A stretch of DNA of 32,000 bases from Propionibacterium ruminifibrarum (GTDB lineage: Bacteria > Actinomycetota > Actinomycetes > Propionibacteriales > Propionibacteriaceae), in contig NZ_OMOH01000009.1 in NCBI RefSeq assembly GCF_900289195.1, positions 30,001 to 62,000 on the forward strand, written 5' to 3'. This document shows, one piece after another, positions 11,685 to 17,168 of this stretch (positions within the stretch are counted from its first letter, which is position 1; each line of letters opens with the position of its first letter). Both the position numbers and the translations under genes were made by a program. The notes under the pieces were generated by a model, which made no database searches, was not told the origin of the DNA, and was given only the letters and a program-made list of their open reading frames with translations.

Positions 11685-12122
11685 TCAGATGTCGGTGTCG
11701 ACCCTCGTGGCGCCCAGGGTGTGAAGGGTGGCCTCCAGAACCCCGACCGGGCAGGGCCGTTCGGACAGGACGATGCTCACCCAGCCGCGGTCCTCGTCCA
11801 GGACGTCGGCGTCCCACCAGCGCCAGGGGCGCTCGTCGGGGTCGGCCCAGGAAAGCCAGGCGTCGACGTCCCAGATCCGGTCGGAACCGGCCGGGCGGCG
11901 CCGGCAGGCCCTGCGGAACCAGCCGGGCAGGGTTGCCCGCGCCCGCCCGTCGGTGAAGGCCTCGTGGTCGAGGCCGACCACCGTCAGCCAGACCTGCCGG
12001 GAGCCGTCGATGACGTCCTTGGCCAGGCCCGGCACGACGAAGTCGATGCGGCCGAGACCGAGCCCGCCGGGCCGCTCTCCGGCGTCGGGTCCGGATCTGA
12101 GCCGTGACACCTCAGTTGACAT
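11685..12122 (-). CDS. Hypothetical protein, 145 aa, Trp/Asp-rich, no recognised domain
   Basis: The ATG at 12122 is preceded by a strong SD (GCAGGAGGtctgccATG). Codon third positions are very GC-rich by hand inspection. Sequence: MSTEVSRLRSGPDAGERPGGLGLGRIDFVVPGL...WDVDAWLSWADPDERPWRWWDADVLDEDRGWVSIVL... The ORF-track start at 12281 has no such signals. Confidence 0.55.
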   Translation of the reverse strand: MSTEVSRLRSGPDAGERPGGLGLGRIDFVVPGLAKDVIDGSRQVWLTVVGLDHEAFTDGRARATLPGWFRRACRRRPAGSDRIWDVDAWLSWADPDERPWRWWDADVLDEDRGWVSIVLSERPCPVGVLEATLHTLGATRVDTDI

Positions 12123-12232
12123 GGCAGACCTCCTGCGAAATGGGATTGCGGTAGGCCCATCATCGCGTACCGGCCAGCATCCCAGCGCTCCGGGGAGACC
12201 GTACGGGGAGACGAGCCGGCCCCGCGCAGCTG

Positions 12233-12244
12233 TCGTAACGATCA
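12233..12244 (+). repeat. Direct repeat copy 1 (TCGTAACGATCA) left of the ATPase module
   Basis: Exact 12-mer, followed by CCCGGG. The second copy is at 14009-14020. Confidence 0.4.
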
Positions 12245-12478
12245 CCCGGGAGGGCCCATCGGATCCCGCGATGGCTTGCACAGTCCTGCCCCGTCATGGG
12301 CCGGGGAACACGGGGTCATCGTGGTCACACGAAGACGCGGCGCATTGGACAGCAACTGTCTGGCGAGGCATCGCACCGGCCTTCGCGAGCCATGGATGAG
12401 TCGGGCGGCGCGGGGAGCCTCCGCTGTGATGAGCCGCGACTCCAATCGTTGCCACACTGGATCATCTAAGCTTGTCGC

Positions 12479-13666
12479 ATGGTGGTTCGTCTGGGCCGTC
12501 TCGTCGTCGAGGGGCTGGGGTCGATACGTCATCTCGAGCTGGACCTGACCTCGGACGTCACTGTGCTCATCGGCGCCAATGGTTCCGGCAAATCGAACCT
12601 CGTCAGTGCCTTGGAGCTCGTCTCCCGCATTTGGGACGACTCCTTCCAGGAGTACCTGAGGCAACGCGGTGGGGTGGGCAGCCTGCTCTACGCCGGCGAT
12701 GACGGCCGTGCCGAGCAGATCCTCATCGAGCTGCTGTCCGAGGTGGGCACAGCGGATTCGGACAGTGTGGCCATGCGCAATGGCTACCGAGTGACACTCC
12801 GGCCAGACGAGGTGGGCGACACGGAGCGGGTCGAGATCCGTGAGTGGCTGCTCTTCTGCGATATGGAAAATGACAAAGAGCCCTACGCGGAAGACATGGG
12901 TTCTGGGATTCACAGCATTATCCGCGACGTCACCGACCCCGGGCCTGCTGGCAAGTTCCGGAACTTCGCCGGCAACGTCCGCCCCATCGGAGCCGACTGC
13001 CGGGTCTTCCACTTCGATGACGTCTCAGCCAACGCCCCTGTCCAGGGCTGGTCAACGATCGGGGACGACGCGGCCCTCCATTCTGACGCAGAGAATATAG
13101 CCGCCTATCTGTACCGGCTCCGCGAAGAGCACCCGAAGAACTACCAGAGAATTGTATCCGTAGTACGTCATGTCACGCCCTTCTTCGATGACTTCGTCCT
13201 CAAACCCGACTCTGCGGAACGAATTCGCCTGCAGTGGAAGCAACGAGGCTTGGACCGCACCTTCCGGGCATCCGAGGCCAGCGATGGCACCCTGCGCTTC
13301 ATCTGCCTGACCACCTTGCTGCTGAGCCCAGACCTGCCGGCTACTGTCATCCTCGACGAACCCGAACTCGGACTCCACCCAGCAGCTATCGGACTCCTCG
13401 CGGAGCTGACCCGCATCGCGGGAAGAACCGGCCACAAGGTCATTCTGGCCACTCAGTCGGTACCATTGGTCTCTCATTTCGAGCTGGGTGAGATCGCGGT
13501 CCTCGACAGAGTCAATGGCACCACTCAGGCGACCCGCCCCAACGAGGAATTCCTGAAACCCTTCTTGGACGACTATTCCACCGGAAACCTCTGGGAGATG
13601 AATCTTCTCGGTGGACATCCCTCCGCGGGAGAGGCACCTAATGAAGGAGAGCATCGTTTTCGCTGA
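12479..13666 (+). CDS. SMC/ABC-type (OLD/AAA_15-AAA_21-like) ATPase, defence-island type
   Basis: 395 aa. Walker A GANGSGKSN near the N-terminus, ABC-signature-like SDGTLRF, Walker B/D-loop VILDEPELGLHP, H-loop position ILATQS, C-terminal NLWEMNLLGG. It is split by a long insert between Walker A and the signature, as in RecF/OLD-type ATPases. The gene is low in GC relative to the flanks. Confidence 0.85.
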   Translation: MVVRLGRLVVEGLGSIRHLELDLTSDVTVLIGANGSGKSNLVSALELVSRIWDDSFQEYLRQRGGVGSLLYAGDDGRAEQILIELLSEVGTADSDSVAMRNGYRVTLRPDEVGDTERVEIREWLLFCDMENDKEPYAEDMGSGIHSIIRDVTDPGPAGKFRNFAGNVRPIGADCRVFHFDDVSANAPVQGWSTIGDDAALHSDAENIAAYLYRLREEHPKNYQRIVSVVRHVTPFFDDFVLKPDSAERIRLQWKQRGLDRTFRASEASDGTLRFICLTTLLLSPDLPATVILDEPELGLHPAAIGLLAELTRIAGRTGHKVILATQSVPLVSHFELGEIAVLDRVNGTTQATRPNEEFLKPFLDDYSTGNLWEMNLLGGHPSAGEAPNEGEHRFR

Positions 13667-13868
13667 AGGATAAACAGAGGAGACCATCGGCACGAATGCT
13701 CTCGCACCAGCAGCACTGGGGCGCGGTCTCCTCCTCCAGCCATCCGAGGCAAAAACCTCACCAAACCCATCTGGAGCACGTCGCAGAATGTCACCCCAGC
13801 AAGACTCGGAGCTATTCTTGAACGCCCCCTCACTTTCGCTTCGTGGGCATTCCGCCCTAATCGAGTAA
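13641..13868 (+). pseudogene. TOPRIM-like (DUF4276-like, from memory) partner gene interrupted by an in-frame TAA after codon 10
   Basis: The ATG at 13641 overlaps the last 26 nt of the ATPase gene. Hand translation: MKESIVFAEG*TEETIGTNALAPAALGRGLLLQPSEAKTSPNPSGARRRMSPQQDSELFLNAPSLSLRGHSALIE*. A hydrophobic strand followed by EG-x-TEE is the first TOPRIM motif. The stop sits exactly at x, and TAA is one transition from CAA (Gln). The downstream sequence has further stops. Confidence 0.45.
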
Positions 13869-14008
13869 CCACAGGACGCACACGACTTGCCCTATATTAT
13901 GCTCATTTCCGACATGACCAGGCCAGAACAACGGCAGCCGCACCAGCCAAAAAGACAAATCGGACTCGAACCATCGATTCATCATTGACGTTGCTGATGC
14001 GATGAGCC

Positions 14009-14020
14009 TCGTAACGATCA
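14009..14020 (+). repeat. Direct repeat copy 2 (TCGTAACGATCA) right of the ATPase module
   Basis: Exact 12-mer identical to 12233-12244, followed by GCGATCCGGG (copy 1 is followed by CCCGGG). Confidence 0.4.
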
Positions 14021-14228
14021 GCGATCCGGGCTGAGAACTGTCACGGCCCTCATGACATGGGTGAAACAAGGTCGGCGAGCAGTCGAGTCCACCCGCCCCG
14101 AACGGGAGCGTTCTGCACACGAGAGGCGCCGCAACGGATCGTTGCGCCCATTCCTGTGAGGGTTGGCGGCCGATCCGTGGCCCGCTGGCTACTGTTGCCC
14201 CAGACCCGTGGAACAGGAGGCGAGCGGC

Positions 14229-15032
14229 ATGACCCCCGGTGAGAAGATACAGCGACTACGAAAACAGCAGGGGCTCTCCCAGGAGGCCCTGGCCGAGCGG
14301 ATCACAGTCACCAGGCAGACCATCTCGAAATGGGAATTGAACCAGTCATCACCGGACCTGTTCTTCATCGCCCAGCTCAGCGACATCTTCAACGTGTCCT
14401 CCGATTATCTGATCAAGGATGACATGGTCGAACCCGATGAGCTGCCCGTCATGAAGCGGAGCTACAGGCTGTCCGAGCGGAGCAGGCGCATTCTGCTGGT
14501 GAGTTTTTCGGCCGCGGCGTTGACCGCCATGTGCGTATGCCTGATCTGTGATTACTTCACTGCGGACGGGCTGTCCTGGTCCCTGACCGCCGCCGTCTCC
14601 ATCGTCGCGGGGTGGCTCGTGCTGCTCCCGAGCCTGACGGCCAGGTCACGACCGGTCGTGAAGACCCTGCTCATGGCCAGTATCATTCCCATTCCCCTGC
14701 TCGCACTGCTGTCGCTCCTCCTGGCTGAACCCGTCGTCCTCACCCTGGGCGCCTGCGTCTCGCTGGTCTCTATCGCGGCCCTGTGGGCGGTGTACGGGAT
14801 CTTCCGCAGGTTCTGGCCGAACTGGTATCGGGCGGCCGGCTTCTCCCTCCTCGTCATGATCCCCGTTCCGGTGGCAATCACTCACCTGGCGGCCGCGTTC
14901 CTGCAACAGGGCACCCGGGATCTCTCATCAGATGTCTTCAACAGCGCCATCACCCTCGTCCTCGCCCTTTCCTGCTTCGGGCTGGACTTCGTCCGCCACC
15001 GCGGGAAAGACGATGCGGTGGACCCGGCATGA
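14229..15032 (+). CDS. XRE-family HTH regulator fused to a polytopic (about 6 TM) membrane domain
   Basis: The ATG is preceded by ACAGGAGG. The N-terminus is a classic HTH_3: EKIQRLRKQQGLSQEALAERITVTRQTISKWELNQSSPDLFFIAQLSDIFNVSSDYLI. The rest contains six hydrophobic segments (ILLVSFSAAALTAMCVCLICDYF, WSLTAAVSIVAGWLVLLPSL, LLMASIIPIPLLALLSLLLA, LTLGACVSLVSIAALWAVYGIF, FSLLVMIPVPVAITHLAAAF, AITLVLALSCFGLDFV). Confidence 0.8.
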   Translation: MTPGEKIQRLRKQQGLSQEALAERITVTRQTISKWELNQSSPDLFFIAQLSDIFNVSSDYLIKDDMVEPDELPVMKRSYRLSERSRRILLVSFSAAALTAMCVCLICDYFTADGLSWSLTAAVSIVAGWLVLLPSLTARSRPVVKTLLMASIIPIPLLALLSLLLAEPVVLTLGACVSLVSIAALWAVYGIFRRFWPNWYRAAGFSLLVMIPVPVAITHLAAAFLQQGTRDLSSDVFNSAITLVLALSCFGLDFVRHRGKDDAVDPA

Positions 15033-15664
15033 GAACCGTTCTGCTGCACGGACTGGGCCAGACCGCCAAGGACTGGGAGGATGTGGTCTCGCGGATTCCT
15101 GCCGGTGAGGTGGACTGCCCGGAATTGTTCGCCGAGATGACCGGCGAGGTCAGCTATTCCCGGCTGCTGGCCGACTTGGAGCACCGATATGCGGGCACGG
15201 CGGAGCCGCTTCGCCTCTGCGGTCTCTCACTGGGGGCACTGCTCGCCATGGACTACACGATCCGGCATCCGGACGAAGTGGCTTCGCTGGTCCTCATCGC
15301 GACGCAGTACAAGGCGCCCCGCCTACTCATCGATTGCCAGAACCTCCTGTTCCGGTGCATGCCGGGCCGGTCGTTCAGTGGCATGGGGATCTCCAAGAGC
15401 GATGCGATCGCACTGGCCCGGTCCATGCGGTCCCTGGATTTCACGGCACGGTTGGGCGAGATCGTGTGTCCGGTGGTGATCCTGTGTGGCGAACGCGACC
15501 GAGTGAATCTGAGAGCGTCGCGCAGGCTGCAAGAGCTCCTACCGGATGCGACGCTCCATGTCGTGCCCGGGGCGGGCCACGAGCTCAACCGGGCCGCGCC
15601 GGATGCCATCGCTGACGCTCTCGACCCTGGAACGCCCGGGGCGCCGACGGGTCTCCTCGGGTGA
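15029..15664 (+). CDS. Small alpha/beta-fold hydrolase (211 aa), no signal peptide
   Basis: The ATG overlaps the XRE gene stop (ATGA at 15029-15032). Motifs: N-terminal LLHGLGQT, nucleophile elbow GLSLG, acidic CGERDRV, His in PGAGHELN. The ORF-track start at 14783 lies inside the upstream gene. Confidence 0.8.
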   Translation: MRTVLLHGLGQTAKDWEDVVSRIPAGEVDCPELFAEMTGEVSYSRLLADLEHRYAGTAEPLRLCGLSLGALLAMDYTIRHPDEVASLVLIATQYKAPRLLIDCQNLLFRCMPGRSFSGMGISKSDAIALARSMRSLDFTARLGEIVCPVVILCGERDRVNLRASRRLQELLPDATLHVVPGAGHELNRAAPDAIADALDPGTPGAPTGLLG

Positions 15665-15754
15665 GCATGGACCGGCACCAGCAGCCGGCCGGCGCCCTGC
15701 GGCGCGTGGCCACTCGGTGTGCCAGAGTGGAAACTGGCAGAACGGGGAGGGACC

Positions 15755-16546
15755 ATGGCGACCGATGACCTCGGCCACACCATCGGGCCGGCCGCGCCCC
15801 CTCGGCGTGTGGTCAGCCTCGTGCCCTCGCTCACCGAGGCCCTCGCGCTGAGCTGCCCCGAACGCATCGTCGGGGCCACCGATTTCTGCGTCCGCCCGGC
15901 CGACCTGGCCGAACGGGCCGGGCACCCCGTCATCCGGGTGCGCGGCCCGAAGAACCCCGACCTGGCGGCCATCACCGCCCTGGCGCCCGACCTGGTCGTC
16001 GCGGCGAAGGAGGAGAACCGCCGAGCCGACGTCGAGGCCCTGCGGGCGGCCGGCGTGGACGTGTGGGTCACCGACGTGGACAGTGTCGACGGCGCCCTGG
16101 CGCGCATGCGCCGGCTCCTCACCGAGGCGCTCGGTCTCGCCCCGGAGCCCACGTGGCTCGCGGCGGCCGGCCGAGCCTGGAGCGCACCGGACGAGGAGCC
16201 CGGCGCGCACGTCGTCGTGTGCATCTGGCGCGACCCGTGGATGGTCATCGGCCCCCGCACCTACGCCGCCGACCTGCTGCGCCGCGCCGGTTTCCCGCTG
16301 GCCCCGCTCGACGTCGAGGACTGGCGGTCGGCGCGCTACCCGGCCGTCACCGTCGAGACGATCACGAGGGCCGTGGCCGACGTCATCGTGCTGCTCGACG
16401 CGCCCTACCCCTTCACCCCCGGCGACGGGCCCGAGTGCTTCCCCGGCCGCGACGTGCGGGTCCTTCCCGAACGGCCGGTGGTCTGGTACGGCCCGGCCAT
16501 GGTCGACGCCCGTGCACGGATCCGCCGGCTGATGGGCGGCGAATGA
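15755..16546 (+). CDS. BtuF-like periplasmic-binding-protein fold protein without a signal peptide (cobalamin/metal-chelate binding family)
   Basis: RRVVSLVPSLTEALALSCPERIVGATDFCVRPADL...PDLAAITALAPDLVVAAKEENR is typical of class III binding proteins. Start set at MATDDLG (GGAGG 4 nt upstream); the GTG at 15719 is possible. There is no lipobox or signal sequence from either start. Confidence 0.75.
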   Translation: MATDDLGHTIGPAAPPRRVVSLVPSLTEALALSCPERIVGATDFCVRPADLAERAGHPVIRVRGPKNPDLAAITALAPDLVVAAKEENRRADVEALRAAGVDVWVTDVDSVDGALARMRRLLTEALGLAPEPTWLAAAGRAWSAPDEEPGAHVVVCIWRDPWMVIGPRTYAADLLRRAGFPLAPLDVEDWRSARYPAVTVETITRAVADVIVLLDAPYPFTPGDGPECFPGRDVRVLPERPVVWYGPAMVDARARIRRLMGGE

Positions 16547-16580
16547 GAGGGCCGGGCCTCGCCCGGCGTCTGGAGCCCGG

Positions 16581-17159
16581 TCAGCCGGCGACCGCGGCCA
16601 TGAGCATCGCGCGGCCCTGGGCCTCGTAGGCGGCCTCGTCGAAGTCGTCGACGAGGGCCCGCTGGGTGGCGAAGCCGAGGATCAGCCCGACGAGCATCTG
16701 CGCCAGGCCCCGCACCCGCTCCTGGGGCAGGTTCTGGTTGCGCGCCCACGAGCCGAGCGTCAGGTCGAGCCCGTCACGCAGCTGGCTGAACTCGGCGCGC
16801 AGCGCCCTGCCCAGTTCGTCGTCGCTGAGGCCGCCCGCGCCGAGCTGGACGAGCAGTTCACCCAGCTCCGGGCCGAAGCGCAGGGCCTCGACCGCGTAGC
16901 CGAACAGGTCCGCCGGGGACGCGGGGTTGTCGAAGTACTCGGCGATGGCGGTCATCGGCCAGTGGAGCGCCTGCCTGGCGGTCTCGACGATGATCTCCTG
17001 CTTGCTGCCGAAGTGGTGGTAGATCGCCCCGGTCGAGGTGCCCGAGGCCTTGATGATGTCCGACACCGAGGTGCCGCTGACGCCTTGCCTGCCGATGAGG
17101 TCGGCGGTCGCCTCGATGATCGCCTGGCGGCTGCGGATACTTCGAGGTTGTTCGGGCAC
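16581..17159 (-). CDS. TetR-family transcriptional regulator
   Basis: N-terminal HTH RQAIIEATADLIGRQGVSGTSVSDIIKASGTSTGAIYHHFGSKQEII. The GTG start lies 9 nt after the upstream acyl-CoA synthetase stop. Confidence 0.9.
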   Translation of the reverse strand: MPEQPRSIRSRQAIIEATADLIGRQGVSGTSVSDIIKASGTSTGAIYHHFGSKQEIIVETARQALHWPMTAIAEYFDNPASPADLFGYAVEALRFGPELGELLVQLGAGGLSDDELGRALRAEFSQLRDGLDLTLGSWARNQNLPQERVRGLAQMLVGLILGFATQRALVDDFDEAAYEAQGRAMLMAAVAG

Positions 17160-17168
17160 GCCGCCAGT

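Larger units (their letters stand above)
12233..15664. other. Compositionally atypical (lower-GC) insert; boundaries approximate
   Basis: Hand G+C counts of single 60-nt lines: 13081 = 33/60, 13861 = 29/60, 14341 = 33/60, 15301 = 36/60. Flanking lines: 11341 = 45/60, 16021 = 46/60. No integrase or transposase is present. Confidence 0.5.

Noticed and set aside
12242-13012. 256-aa minus-strand ORF antisense to the ATPase gene
   Set aside because: It overlaps the Walker A half of a well-supported ATPase. It has no motifs or SD, and its start would lie inside the ATPase coding region. I cannot exclude an antisense transcript, but there is no evidence for a protein.
13961-13971. tRNA T-loop consensus GGTTCGAGTCC on the minus strand, suggesting a tRNA gene or tRNA-derived att site
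   Set aside because: Hand folding fails. The T-stem would be GATGG/CCGAT with a mismatch, no anticodon stem forms at the expected distance, and no complementary 5' acceptor strand (AAGACAA) exists upstream. It is at most a remnant, so it is kept only as a note in the orphan-region finding.
13667-14002. Read-through C-terminal extension of the ATPase (same frame stays open 112 codons after its TGA)
   Set aside because: The ATPase already ends with what I take to be the family-typical C-terminus (..LWEMNLLGG + short tail). The extension (RINRGDHRHECSRTSSTGARSPPP...) has no motif and is rich in A/T third positions. The open frame more likely reflects decayed downstream coding sequence.
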